Assembly: GCA_030447245.1 (NCBI GenBank)
Contig: JAUJPG010000022.1
Coordinates: forward strand, 21,885 to 85,884
Length of the DNA: 64,000 bases
Origin: Chloroflexota bacterium
GTDB lineage: Bacteria > Chloroflexota > UBA6077 > JACCZL01
Reading direction: 5' to 3'
Of the stretch, positions 8,520 to 20,922 are shown piece after piece. The notes below the pieces were generated by a model that saw only the letters and a list, made by a program, of their open reading frames with translations, ran no database searches and was not told where the DNA came from. The translations under genes were made by a program, and so were the position numbers. Each line of letters starts with the position of its first letter. The first letter of the stretch is position 1.

Positions 8520-10277
8520 CTAGGCGACATGCCGAGCGCTGCCTCGCGCTGGCGGAGGCTGCCGCGCCGAAGCTTCGAGGGCCCGAGCAGGCAGTCTGGC
8601 TGGCTCGGCTCGAGCAGGAGCACGACGAGCTGCAGACGGCGCTGGCCTGGAGCCTGGACCAGGCGAACGGCGCGGCAACTGTCGAGATTGGGCTGCGTCT
8701 GGCCGGAGCATTGCCATGGTTCTGGTTCGTCCACAGCCACCTTGCCCTGGGGCGACGCTGGCTCGAGCAGGCGCTCGAGAGGTCCAGCGCGACAGCGCCC
8801 TCCGGCCGAATGAAGGCAGTCCTCGGGCTCGGCCGGCTGACGCTCGAGCTGGGCGACCTTGGATCGGCGGAGGCTCGCTTCGAAGAAGGCATGACCCTGG
8901 CCCGCGAGCTGGGTGACCGACGACGGATGGCCGCCGCAGTCGACGGCCTGGGACTGGTGGCCCACGCCCGGGCCGACCACAAGCGGGCCCTGAGACTGCT
9001 GCGGGAGAGCCTGACGCTCTCCCGAGGCCTCGGCGACGAGCGCGGCGTCGCCGACGCGATCGGCAATCTAGGGCTCGTGGCGCGAGATCAGGACCAGACC
9101 GAACACATGGTCGCGCTGTACGAGGCGAATCTGGCACGCTACCGCGGTCTGGGGGACGCGCGCGGAGTTGCGTGGTCGCTCCATTGTCTGGGATTCGCGG
9201 CGCGGCAGCGATACGACGACGAGCGGTCGACAGCGCTGTTCGACGAGAGCATGGCGATATTCGAGGCGCTCGGCGATCGGCGCAGCGTCGCCTGGACGCT
9301 CCACAATCTGGCGCTCATCGCGCAGGCGCGGGCCGACTATGGACGGGCCGTCCCGCTCCACGAGGACAACCTGGCCCGCTTCCGAGCCTTCGGGGACACC
9401 CGGGGCGTTGCCGGAACGCTGCTGCACCTGGGGATCGTCGCCCGCCAGCAGGACGACTACGGACGGGCGATAGCGTTCTTCGAGCAGGCGCTGAGCCTGT
9501 TCCGACAGATCGACGACCGGCCGGGCATCGCCTGGTCGCTCCAGAACCTCGGCATCACGGCGCGCTACCAGGGCCGCCACGACCGGGCGGCGAGCCTGTA
9601 CGACGAGAGCCTTGCCCGGTTCCGAGCCCTGAAAGATCGCCGGAGCATCGCCTGGTCGCTCCGCGATCAGGGGATCCTGGTGCGCTACCGAGGAGACTAC
9701 GCGCAAGCCACACCGCTCTACGAAGAAAGTCTGGCCCTGTTTCGCGAGATCGACGAGCGGCGCGGGACGGCCTCGTCACTCCGCAACCTGGGGACCGTGG
9801 CGCGCGAGCAGGGCGACCACGAGCGAGCAGCTGCGCTGTACGAGGAGAGCCTGGCTCTGTTCCGCGAGATCGGCAACACCCGCGGAATCGCCTGGTCCCT
9901 CCGCAGCCTGGGGACCGCCGCGCAGGCGCGCGGCGACCATGGGCGGGCGGCAGCGCTGTACAGGGAGAGTCTGATCCTGTTCCGCGAGTTGGGCGACAAG
10001 AGGAGCATTGCCTGGTGCTTCCACAATCTGGGGACCGTGGTGCGCGAGCAGGGCGATGCCCGGCGGTCCGCCCACCTGCTCGGGGCGGCCGAGGCCCTGC
10101 GCCACGCCATCGGCGCCCCCTTGCCGCCCGGCGGACCGGGCCTCTTACGAACAGGGCCTGGCCGCCAGTCGCATCCCGCTCGACGGGGAGGCCCTCGCGG
10201 CGAGCTACGCAGTGGGACGGACGATCAGCCTGGAGCAGGCGATCGCCTACGCGCTGGACGAGCGGAAGTCGGTCTGA
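8520..10277 (+). CDS. Tetratricopeptide-repeat protein (STAND-ATPase-type TPR tail, ATPase missing); start uncertain, frameshift near 10130
   Basis: GPEQAVWLARLEQEHDELQTALAW, about 10 repeats of 40 aa (AWSLxNLG...YEESLALFRE), C-terminal SLEQAIAYAL. Confidence 0.8.
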
Positions 10278-10416
10278 AGTGAACCGACGGCACGGTACCG
10301 CGGTATCTCCCGCCCGGCGGGGTTCGCGCGGCTTGCCGCACGCCTGTCCCGAACGGGGAGGGCCGCCAGCCGTGCGCATCGGGGATGTGGTATAGCCTGG
10401 CAAGGAGGTGTCCGGG

Positions 10417-10925
10417 ATGCAGGCGGATGAGTTGAAGGGGCGCGGTGTGCTGGCGCTATCCAACGCCGAGAAGATCGGGCAGGTGGAGGACGTGCTGTTC
10501 GACGCGCAGTTCCGCCAGGTGCTGGGGTTCCGTGTGAAGCGGGGCGGCCTGTTCGGCAAGGCGCAGGCGCTCCTGCGCGACAGCGTGACCTCCATCGGTA
10601 CCGCCGCCTTGACGGTGCAGAGCCCGGATGCGGTCAACGACGAGGAGCGCTTCGCCGATCTGGCCCACGTGTCCACGTTGAGCCAGGTGGAGCGGACCCA
10701 GGTGGTCACCGAGAGCGGCGAGGTGCTGGGGACGATCGCGCACCTGGAGATCGACGACGACGCGCGCAAGGTCACGGCGTATGTGCTGTCGTCCTCGTTC
10801 AGGGACCGGGTGCTGGGCCATGACACCGAGTCGGTCAAGGCTGACGAGGTGCTCCGCCTGGGCGAGGGCGGGGTCATGGTGGTGCCGCACGCGGTCGCGG
10901 TGCGGCTCAAGCCGAGCGCGGATAG
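10417..10925 (+). CDS. PRC-barrel domain protein (two barrels); 3' end uncertain
   Basis: LKGRGVLALSNAEKIGQVEDVLFD and VVTESGEVLGTIAHLEID; AAGGAGG RBS. Confidence 0.8.
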
Positions 10926-11054
10926 GCGCCGCGTCCGGGCACCCGCGGGTCCGGGACGGCGCCGCGATGGGCCTGACCCGGTGGCCGAGGACGCAGGGCT
11001 CGTCGACGTGGACGCTCGCGGAGAGCTCCCCGGACCGGGGCGCGGGTGGTGATG

Positions 11055-11213
11055 AGAGATCGAGCTGGCGGTCGTCATCGGGCAGGAGGCCAGGGAGTCA
11101 CCCGCGAGCGGGCGGTGGCGCCCGTGGCCGGGTACACGATCTTCCACGACGTGAGCGCGCGGGATCTCGAGTTCGCGCCTGGCGGCGGGGTCATCGTGGG
11201 CAAGAACTTCGAG
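11055..11213 (+). pseudogene. Fumarylacetoacetate hydrolase fragment
   Basis: EIELAVVIG.../VAGYTIFHDVSARDLEFAPGGGVIVGKNF, closely similar to 24296-25192. Confidence 0.75.
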
Positions 11214-11275
11214 CAATTCTGGTACTGCTCCGTTATAGTGCCCGGGCAGGCTGTGGAAATTCATTGAGCACCCTA

Positions 11276-12720
<1,445 letters not shown>

Positions 12721-12881
12721 TAGTCGCCACTGATCGAGCAGGCGAATGGACCACCAGCACCCCCCCCAGCCGCACGCTCAGACGCGGGTGGGCGGACCTA
12801 ACGGAGCAGTACTAGACGGTCGCCGCCTGAGCAGACACTCCACCGACACGGGCCACGTCCACACGTTCTCAGGCCGCGAGG

Positions 12882-14067
12882 ATGACTCGAATGCTACCGC
12901 CCATTGCCGCTGCCCAGGTCCTGACGCTCGTCGCGCTCCTACTCCTCGGCGACCGCCCGCGCGCCATCGACGCGCGAGCACCGGCCGAGCGTGACCCGGC
13001 CGAGCGCGGGCTCGCCGGTCCCGGATGACCCCGAATACCTTTCCTGGGCACAGCCCGGCCCCTTTCGGGCGCCGTTCCTGACCGACTTTCCCGTCCAGAG
13101 CTTCGCCGCCGATCAGCGCATCGTCGCCACGTACTTCTTCTACTGGTACGACGCGGCGACCTATCGGGCCAGCCAGGCCACCCGCGGCTTCGACCCGTAC
13201 CCGTTCCACCCGCCGAACCTCGCCACGATCAGCTTCCGCGACACCGATTGGTACGAGCATGAGTTCCGCGACATGCTCGCGGCCGGGTTGACGTGGTGCT
13301 GCCGGACTACTGGGGCGAGCCCGGGCCAGTACCATCGGCGGGTGGCCCCCGCCCCCGAGCTGAACTACTTTGCCACCGAGGGCATCCCTCCGATGGTCGA
13401 GGCGCTCGAACGGCTCGCCGACGCCGGTACGCCGCTCAAGATCGGCCTGTTCCTCGATACGACGATCCTGAACGACGAGGATCTGACGACCGAGCGCGGC
13501 AAGCAGATCTTTTACGCCTCGATCCGCGACTACTATTCGCGGATCCCTCCGCGCCACTGGGCGGCCATTGGCGGCGGCCGATCGTCTGGCTGTACGACGC
13601 GCAGCGGGTCTACCGCTTCGACCAGTCGACGTTCGACGCGGTGACCGCCTGGTTTCCGCGGGACTTCGGTGGCCTGGCACCGTTCATCATCCGCGAGGCG
13701 CAATGGGCGCGCCAAGAACGTCGACCACGACGAGCTGATCCACGCTGATGGCCTCTACGCCTGGGGCGCGGCACCCTTCGGGTTCGCCGAGGACCCGCGC
13801 GTCACCATCGCCCAGGTTGGCCCGGGGTTCTCGAGCGTCCAATTCGGCCGGCCGAACGGCATCTTCACAGACCGGCAGGATGGCCGCTACTACGAGGATC
13901 AGCTGCGCAAGGCGCTGGCGAGCGGCCGCCAGATCATGGCCGTCGAGACCTGGAACGAGCTGGGCGAGGCCAGCGGCATCCTCGAAACGGTCGAGTACGG
14001 CCGCCAGTACATCGACCTGACCCGGCGCTACGCCGAGCGCTTCAAGGCTGGCCTTGGGCCTCCGTGA
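12882..14067 (+). CDS. DUF5010 family secreted glycoside-hydrolase-like protein (frameshifted)
   Basis: Signal-like N-terminus; TYFFYWY, IGLFLDTTIL, RPIVWLY, VETWNELGEASGI. Confidence 0.75.
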
Positions 14068-14087
14068 GCTGTCCGGCGCCTCGAGTG

Positions 14088-15968
14088 TCAGGCGCCACTC
14101 ACCTCGATGCTGTTCCAGCCGGACGCGCCGTTCGGCTGGGCCAGGCTGAACATCTCGGTCTGGAGCGTCCCCTGCCCGTCGGTCGCTCGCGCCACGAGCT
14201 TGACGGTGGCGCCGGTCGGTAGGTCGAAGCTGCCTTCCCAGCGCACCCAGGCATCCACGCCGGGCTGCGGCTCCAGAAACGTCGCCGGTGTCCAGCTCGC
14301 GCCGCCATCGGCACTGAACTCGACCCGCGAGATGCCGCGGTTAGACGCGTAGGCAATCCCAGCGATCTGCTGTGGCCCGGCCGGCAGGGTCGCGGCTGGG
14401 GCCGGCACGTCGATCCGGGTCATCGTCTTGACGATCCCGTCGCGGCTCCAGTTACGCTGCCCGTACCAGTCCACTACCGGGCGGACGGATGGACGGATCA
14501 CTCGGATCCACTTCGGGCTCTTGTAGCCGTACCGGCCCGGCACCAGGACGCGCGCCGGGTAGCCGTGCTCGTAGGGGAGCACGGTCCCGTTCATCTCGTA
14601 GGCGACGATCGTGTTCGGGTCGAGCGCGGCCTCAGGCGGGACCGCGCTGACGAACTCGTCCTCGCCGATCATCGCGACCGCGACGACGCCGGGCTTCAAG
14701 CCGCGGGCCAGCTCGAGCAGGTCTACCAGGCGGACTCCCTTCCAGCTGGCCGTGCCGATCAGCTCGCAGCCAAAGGGCACCAGCTCGCACCTGTCAGTCA
14801 AGTTGCTGACGCATTCGAGCGTCTTGGCGATCTCGACGGTCGGCAACTGACGCAAGGTCGCGTAGTCGAGCTGGACCGGGTTGTTCACCTCGCCGTCCAG
14901 CGCCAGGCTCCACTCCTCGGGCTTGATGACCGGATCGGCGATCGGGTTCTTGGTGACGTGGTAATGGTTCTCGGTCGGAGTGATCAACGACGAGAGGGTG
15001 CCGGGCTGGCGGGCGCCGGCGGTCAGCGAGCCGTCCTGGTCCCGCGAGAGCTGCTTGGCGAGGGTTTGCGGCGTGGGGAGATTGGGCTCTGGTGTCGGCG
15101 AGGAGGCGGGCGCCACGGCCGGCGCGGCAGTGGCCGGCTCGGACGTTGGCGTCGCAGCTGCCGCGGGAGCGGCGACCACGGCGGAGGCCGCGGTCGGGGC
15201 GGGACCAACGGCCCCGGTGGCCGCGGGTGATGGCTCGGCGAGTGGGCGCGGGGTGAGCTGGACGCGGGCGAGCGATCCGCTTGCCGCGCCACTACGCTGG
15301 CCGAGCCAGAGTGTGGCGGCGAACGCGGCGGCTGCCGACCCGAGTGAGACGAGGGCCGCGCGACGTGAGGCCGAGCCAGCCGCTGCCGGGCCCGTCGATC
15401 TCGCGACCGCCGAGGCTGCTGGCTGGCTCGTGGCTCTGGTCAGGGTCGAGCGCGCCGCGAGCCATTGGCCGAGTACGAGCAGCCCAGCGTAGCTCAGCGC
15501 GACACCAGCGTAGCCGGCGTTGACGAGCCGCCAGTCCTGGAGCAGGTCCACGGCGAACGGTCCCGCACCGGTCAACGGCATGATCCCGCCCAGCGCCACC
15601 AGGTAGAGGATCGGCGCGACCGCCAGCAGCGCCCAGGGCGAACGAACGTACCGAACCAGCGCGGCGCCGAGACCGAGCAGGATGATCGTCATCCCGGCCA
15701 CGGCGACGTAGAGCGCGTACACCTTGGCGTCGGCGCCGAACCGCGAGAGACCCTGCTCGACTGTGTCCGGCGAGATGAAGATCAGCACCCACTCCATCAC
15801 CCGCTCGGGTAGGGTTCGGATCTGATAGGCGGACCGCAGCCAGAACATCGCGGCCAGTGCGCCTGCCGTTGCCAACGCGGCAATCGCCGTGCATGCTGGC
15901 CAGCGCGGGCGCTCGCTCGTCGGCGGTCGTTCGTTTCTCGGCTGTCTCATGATCAGGGCTCTCACCAT
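14088..15968 (-). CDS. Membrane-anchored molybdopterin oxidoreductase (sulfite oxidase family)
   Basis: TLECVSN, HGYPARVLVPGRYGYKSPKW, Ig-like C-domain; N-terminal TM helices and internal SRRAAL. Confidence 0.9.
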   Translation of the reverse strand: MVRALIMRQPRNERPPTSERPRWPACTAIAALATAGALAAMFWLRSAYQIRTLPERVMEWVLIFISPDTVEQGLSRFGADAKVYALYVAVAGMTIILLGLGAALVRYVRSPWALLAVAPILYLVALGGIMPLTGAGPFAVDLLQDWRLVNAGYAGVALSYAGLLVLGQWLAARSTLTRATSQPAASAVARSTGPAAAGSASRRAALVSLGSAAAAFAATLWLGQRSGAASGSLARVQLTPRPLAEPSPAATGAVGPAPTAASAVVAAPAAAATPTSEPATAAPAVAPASSPTPEPNLPTPQTLAKQLSRDQDGSLTAGARQPGTLSSLITPTENHYHVTKNPIADPVIKPEEWSLALDGEVNNPVQLDYATLRQLPTVEIAKTLECVSNLTDRCELVPFGCELIGTASWKGVRLVDLLELARGLKPGVVAVAMIGEDEFVSAVPPEAALDPNTIVAYEMNGTVLPYEHGYPARVLVPGRYGYKSPKWIRVIRPSVRPVVDWYGQRNWSRDGIVKTMTRIDVPAPAATLPAGPQQIAGIAYASNRGISRVEFSADGGASWTPATFLEPQPGVDAWVRWEGSFDLPTGATVKLVARATDGQGTLQTEMFSLAQPNGASGWNSIEVSGA

Positions 15969-16187
15969 CGCGCGTTCACCACCAGGTGCCAAGACTGTAC
16001 CGCCGCCAGGCTGCGTGGCAAGGACAATTCTTACGATTGCCTGACGACGTATCCAGCGGCCCACCAGCAGTGCGAGCGCCGTTACGACCGATCGTGCGAG
16101 CCCGCCTGGCGCGGATCACGTCGAGCCGGCGCCAGCCGCTCGAAGAACATCGTGACACCCCGTTCTTCGATCCAGTCAGGTGCCCGA

Positions 16188-19100
16188 TCACTCCGCGCGC
16201 TCGGGTGACCCGGTCGGCAGCCGAGCGGCGGCCGCGCCGGCCGGCTCGACCGTCACCTCAAAGCTCGCAGCTCGAACGGTCAGGCGCACGCTGCCGTCGC
16301 TGAAGCTCCAGCGCTCGTCTGCTCGCCCGTCGACCACGACGCGCGCCGGTGGCGCGTCAGCCGGCAGGACGACCTGGTAGCCGCGCTCAACCGGCGCGTC
16401 GGCAACAGTCAGCGTGATCTCGCCGCCCTGGACCCGCGTGCCGAACGTCGTCCCGTCGTACAGCCGCTGGCGAGCGGCCGGCAGGGTCTCCGCTTCGCCA
16501 GGCGGGGCGACGACCTGCACGATCAGGTCGCCGTTCCAGACGGTGCCTCGGCCGTCCGCTGTCGGGACAAGCGTGTCGAAGTCGGGCGCGAGTGGCAGGA
16601 TCGCGCCGGCCCTGGCAAACAGCGGAATCCGGTCGAGCGGTGCATCGGCGGTAACGACCTGCCCACCCTGCAAGGCCCGGCCGGTCCACCAATCGACCCA
16701 GGTGCCGGCCGGCAGGTAGACGGTTCGAAGCCGGGCCCCCTCCTCGAGCACTGGGGCGACGAGCAGATCGTCGCCCAGGGCGTAGGCATCCTCGACCGCC
16801 CACGCGCGAGGGTCGTTTGGGGCGATCAGTGCGAGGTGCCGCACGATCGGCAGCCCGGTCTCCGAGGCGACCTTCGCCTGGGTGTAGAGGTAGGGTACCA
16901 GGCTGTTGTGGAGGCGGGCGTAGCGGCGGAACTCGGCCACCGTCTCCTGGTCCGACCAGACCTCGACCGGATCGCCCTGGTGGTCGCCGTAGTTGTCGCG
17001 CAGCACGGGGCTGAGCGCGCCGAGCTGGAGCCAGCGCCGCCAGAGCTCGCGCTCCGACGCTCGGGGCAGACCGACGCCGGCGTAGCCGCCGACCTCCGGG
17101 TGCCAGTAGGGAAAGCCGCTCAGGCCGAGCGAGAGCGCTGCCGGCAGCAGCCCGCGAATTCCCTCCTGGTTCCAGCTAATCGTCTGGTCACCGGACCACT
17201 GGAGGCTCTGGTACGCCCGCGCGCCGAGGCTGGCCGAGCGGGCAAACAGGACCACGTCGTCGCCGCGAACGGCGCGCGCCGCCTCGAACGATGCTTTGGC
17301 GTAGAGCGTCAGATAGCGATTGTGCGTCTCGATGCCGCTAGTCCCGTCGGCGTAGCGCGCGTCTTCCGGCACCAGCTCGCCCAGGTCAAGCATCGCGCCG
17401 TCAAGGCCGAGCACGTCGAGGATCCGGCGCCAGAGCCCGCCCCACCAGTCCACGGCGGCCGGATTGGTGAAGTCGACCCAGCCGACTTTGTGGTGGGGAT
17501 GAAGGTAGGCATGGCCGCCAGCGTCCTGGACGAGCAACTCTGGCGGGACTCTGGCGGCTGGGGGCACATCGGGGTTCTTGTAACCGAGCACCTTGAAGCC
17601 GAGGGCGTGGACGCGGTCCGTCAACTGGCGCGGGCTCCGGTACGGGCCAGTGGTCCGGTTGCCGAAGCTGACCCACGGCCAGCCGAGCAGTGACTGCTCG
17701 TCGGTCAGGTCGTAGACGAACAGCGCCGAGACCGGCAGCGCTTCGGCCCGGATCCGCTCGGCGTCGCGCAGGACACGCGCCGAGCCACCCACGGCCGTCT
17801 TCCAGACGCCGAACGCCCAGATCGGCGGCAGCGGAGGCCCGTCGACGCCGTCAAAGCGGACCCGGTCCTGGAGGATGTCGCGAGGACTCGGGCCGGCGAT
17901 GACCAGCAGGCTGGCCGCCGGCTGCTCGACCTGCCAGGCGACCCGGTCCGCCCGCTCGGCGGCGACGTCGAACGTGCCGCGCGCGTCACTCTCGACGAGC
18001 AGGCCATACCCGCGGCTCGAGACGTACCAGGGGATCGGCGCGTAGGTGGCCGCGCCGAACCCGACGTAGCGCCGGTCCTCCGCCCAGGTCCGAACGACCC
18101 GGCCGCGCTGGTCGACCGCGTCGAACCGCTCGCCGAAACCGAGGAAGCGCTCACCGGTCTCAGCCACGACGGCCCCGCCGACGCGGGCCACCGATGGCGG
18201 ATCGTCCGGCGTGACGCGGAGCCGCACCGCGCGCGGCCCGAGAGCGGCCAGCTCGACCAGGACGGTCCGCCCGGCCGGGTCATCGGTCGCGGCGACCAGC
18301 CGGAGAGCGCCGTCGGTCGGGCTGGCGTCGATCAGCCGGGTGAGTCGCCAACGACCGCCGCTCCGGTCGACGTAGCCGAACGAGCCGAACACGCCATCGA
18401 CGGCGGGGGCCTCCTGCCAGAGCACCCGCCCTCGGGCGTCGAGCAGCGTAAGCCGCCACGGATCGCGCTCGACCCGCGCGGTCAGCTCACCGAGCGGCGC
18501 GACGACGGCGCCGGCCTCGGGCGCGGCTGGGTCCGCTTGAGAGGCGTCAGCCAGGCCGTCGCGTGTGACATCGGCATCGTCCGCGGCGCCGGCGTTGGGC
18601 CCGAGCCCGGGGCTGGTCGCCGAGTGCTCGGTCGCCACGCTCGTTTTCAGCGACTGCGCGACTGGTACCGGACCGGCCGTCGTCGCCGGCTCCGGGGCTG
18701 GCGTGTGCTCCGGGGCTGGCGGCGGGTCGAGAGGCGCGTCGGCCTCCCAGCCGACGACCTCGTGGGCAGTCAGCCTCGCCACGTCCAGTCGGATCGTTTC
18801 ACCCGGGCGCCAGCGCTCCGGCGGGTACCACCAGAGGACCGGCAGGTTGTCGAACGTCTGCCGGGTGCCGTCACGGAAGCGGACCTCGATCGACGGTCGA
18901 GGCCGTTCCGGCACGGCCCGGCGAACGCGCCAAAGCGTTTCTAGCGTCGCGAGCGGACCGCGCGGACCGATCTCGCTGCTCGGGACGAGCCGGGCCGAGA
19001 GCATCTCGATGGCGCCGTCGTGGAAGCTCGCGGCCGGTGGCCCGACCGGGGCTGGCCCGTTCGAGACCGGCCCGGACCGCGCAAAGTCGTAGAAGCGGTC

Positions 19101-20738
19101 GGGCAACGGTTGTTCGGCGGCCAGGCCGCGCTTGAGCAGGACCAGGCCATCCTCGGCCGCCTGCAGGCGGTACTCCCCGCGGGTCAACAGCTCCTGGAGT
19201 CGCTTGTGCATGCTGCCAGGACCGGCCGGGTAGGGGCTGCCCCCGACGTCGACAAGGACGTACTCGGCATCATGTACGGTTGGGAACAAGTAGGCGCCGG
19301 CCCGCTGGCTCAGGTGTGGGTAGAGCGCCGTGGATGCCGAGACCGAGGCGTGCTGCGGGATGCTCGCCGCGAGCTGACGCCCGAGCTCGTCGTGAGGGGA
19401 GACCGTCGGGGTTGGCAGGCCGGCGACCAGCGGTCCGATCCCCGCCTGGCGGTAGGCGATGGCTCCGCCGAGGACGGCGGCGACCGACAGCACGGCGACG
19501 ACCCGCGAGAACGGCCAGTCGCCCCAGCGGCCGCCGAGTGTTGCGAGCCGGCCGGCGCCAACGATCGCGGCGGCGATCACGAGCGGCAGCACCGTCGCCG
19601 AGTAGTGGGCGCGCCCGGCCGCCATCCACGGCGAGCTAGAGAAGACGTTCAGCGCGAGGATCGGCGCCACCGCCAACAGCAGCTCGGGGGCGAGCAGGCC
19701 GAGCCAGCCTCCGCAGAGCAGCAGGGTGGCGAGATACCCCAGCACCTCCGGCCGGCCAAGCGTGGTCAGGTAGACCGCTGGATCCTCGACCAGGGTCCGG
19801 AGCGCCGCGCCAGGGCTGCCGCCGATCGGGGCGTAGCGCGCCGTGAACGGCGAGATCGCGCCGCCCGAGTAGTGTGGAATGATGACCGCGACGCAGAGGA
19901 TCGACCAGCCGGCGCCAAGGACGACCGCCGCCGTCGCGGCCCACCGCATCGCGCGCACGCCCCCCGGGGAGCCGAGCGTTGCCGGGGCGTGGACAACCGG
20001 GGCGAGCCAGGCGAGCGAGCGGGCCACGGCTGCCGGGACCGGCGCCAACCCGAGCAGCGCGACAAGGCCGAGCCCGGCGACGATCAGCCCGACCTCCTCC
20101 TTCGTCGCGGCGGCGAGCAGACCCGCTACGAGAAAGAGGCGCGGCTGTCCGGCGTCGAGCGCGTCGACGGCCAGCAGGAGCAGCGGGGCGGCCAGCGCGA
20201 CGCTGTGGAAGTCGGCCGTCGCGGCCCACTGTCCCGGTGGCGCCAGCAGGTACAGGCCGGCAAAGGCGAGGCCGGCCTGAGGGTGGCCGAGACGGCGCCG
20301 GGCCAGGCGGTAGGCGGGGATGGCGCCGAGGGCGATCGCGATCGCCTGGAGCCAGAGGATCGCCCGGACGTCGGGCACGACGAGGTAGAGCGGCGCGAGC
20401 AAGACCAGGATCGGCTCGACGTGGAACGCCAGCAGGGAGTCTGGCCGCCGGATCGCCGCCAGATCGATGTCGGTCTCGAACTCGGCGTGCTGGTAGGTGG
20501 TGAAGCGGAACGCCTGGCCGCGCAAGAAGTTCCAGATGACCTGGTCGGTAAAGCCGAGGTCTTCCGCGTTCGTTTCGAGCGCCTGGTGCCGCTCGACCGC
20601 GCGCCAGCCCAATCCCAGCCCGGCGACGAGTGTCAGCGCCGCCAGCGCGGCGAGGACGGCCAGCCGTCGCCGGTCAGCGATGGCGCCGATGCGCAGGCCG
20701 ACCGGGAGCCTGGCGACAGCGGCGCTCGTCAGTGCCAC
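16188..20738 (-). CDS. DUF2079 (GT-C-like membrane protein) fused to GH31 glycosidase
   Basis: DLGFTDQVIWN, FHVEPIL, DFHSVAL, TKEE in N-half; LGFGERF, YAPIPWYVSS, MLDLGE, WSGDQ, LLVAPV in C-half; single 1516-aa ORF. Confidence 0.85.
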   Translation of the reverse strand: MALTSAAVARLPVGLRIGAIADRRRLAVLAALAALTLVAGLGLGWRAVERHQALETNAEDLGFTDQVIWNFLRGQAFRFTTYQHAEFETDIDLAAIRRPDSLLAFHVEPILVLLAPLYLVVPDVRAILWLQAIAIALGAIPAYRLARRRLGHPQAGLAFAGLYLLAPPGQWAATADFHSVALAAPLLLLAVDALDAGQPRLFLVAGLLAAATKEEVGLIVAGLGLVALLGLAPVPAAVARSLAWLAPVVHAPATLGSPGGVRAMRWAATAAVVLGAGWSILCVAVIIPHYSGGAISPFTARYAPIGGSPGAALRTLVEDPAVYLTTLGRPEVLGYLATLLLCGGWLGLLAPELLLAVAPILALNVFSSSPWMAAGRAHYSATVLPLVIAAAIVGAGRLATLGGRWGDWPFSRVVAVLSVAAVLGGAIAYRQAGIGPLVAGLPTPTVSPHDELGRQLAASIPQHASVSASTALYPHLSQRAGAYLFPTVHDAEYVLVDVGGSPYPAGPGSMHKRLQELLTRGEYRLQAAEDGLVLLKRGLAAEQPLPDRFYDFARSGPVSNGPAPVGPPAASFHDGAIEMLSARLVPSSEIGPRGPLATLETLWRVRRAVPERPRPSIEVRFRDGTRQTFDNLPVLWWYPPERWRPGETIRLDVARLTAHEVVGWEADAPLDPPPAPEHTPAPEPATTAGPVPVAQSLKTSVATEHSATSPGLGPNAGAADDADVTRDGLADASQADPAAPEAGAVVAPLGELTARVERDPWRLTLLDARGRVLWQEAPAVDGVFGSFGYVDRSGGRWRLTRLIDASPTDGALRLVAATDDPAGRTVLVELAALGPRAVRLRVTPDDPPSVARVGGAVVAETGERFLGFGERFDAVDQRGRVVRTWAEDRRYVGFGAATYAPIPWYVSSRGYGLLVESDARGTFDVAAERADRVAWQVEQPAASLLVIAGPSPRDILQDRVRFDGVDGPPLPPIWAFGVWKTAVGGSARVLRDAERIRAEALPVSALFVYDLTDEQSLLGWPWVSFGNRTTGPYRSPRQLTDRVHALGFKVLGYKNPDVPPAARVPPELLVQDAGGHAYLHPHHKVGWVDFTNPAAVDWWGGLWRRILDVLGLDGAMLDLGELVPEDARYADGTSGIETHNRYLTLYAKASFEAARAVRGDDVVLFARSASLGARAYQSLQWSGDQTISWNQEGIRGLLPAALSLGLSGFPYWHPEVGGYAGVGLPRASERELWRRWLQLGALSPVLRDNYGDHQGDPVEVWSDQETVAEFRRYARLHNSLVPYLYTQAKVASETGLPIVRHLALIAPNDPRAWAVEDAYALGDDLLVAPVLEEGARLRTVYLPAGTWVDWWTGRALQGGQVVTADAPLDRIPLFARAGAILPLAPDFDTLVPTADGRGTVWNGDLIVQVVAPPGEAETLPAARQRLYDGTTFGTRVQGGEITLTVADAPVERGYQVVLPADAPPARVVVDGRADERWSFSDGSVRLTVRAASFEVTVEPAGAAAARLPTGSPERAE

Positions 20739-20922
20739 CGAGCGAGCCTCAAGCCGCGTTGGACGTTCATGACTGTAAGGGTATGCGGGGCGACTCGCTT
20801 CGCGCGACGGGGATCCTCGCCCCGTCAGGCGGCCAGGGCCCGATCGGGCGATCAGCCGCGTCGATGACGGCCGCCCGATCGGGCCGGCGTCGCCGCCGAG
20901 TCTACGTCACGTCGGACCACGT

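Noticed and set aside
8900..10100. 120-bp periodicity as a non-coding repeat array
   Set aside because: Fully explained by the 40-aa TPR coding repeats
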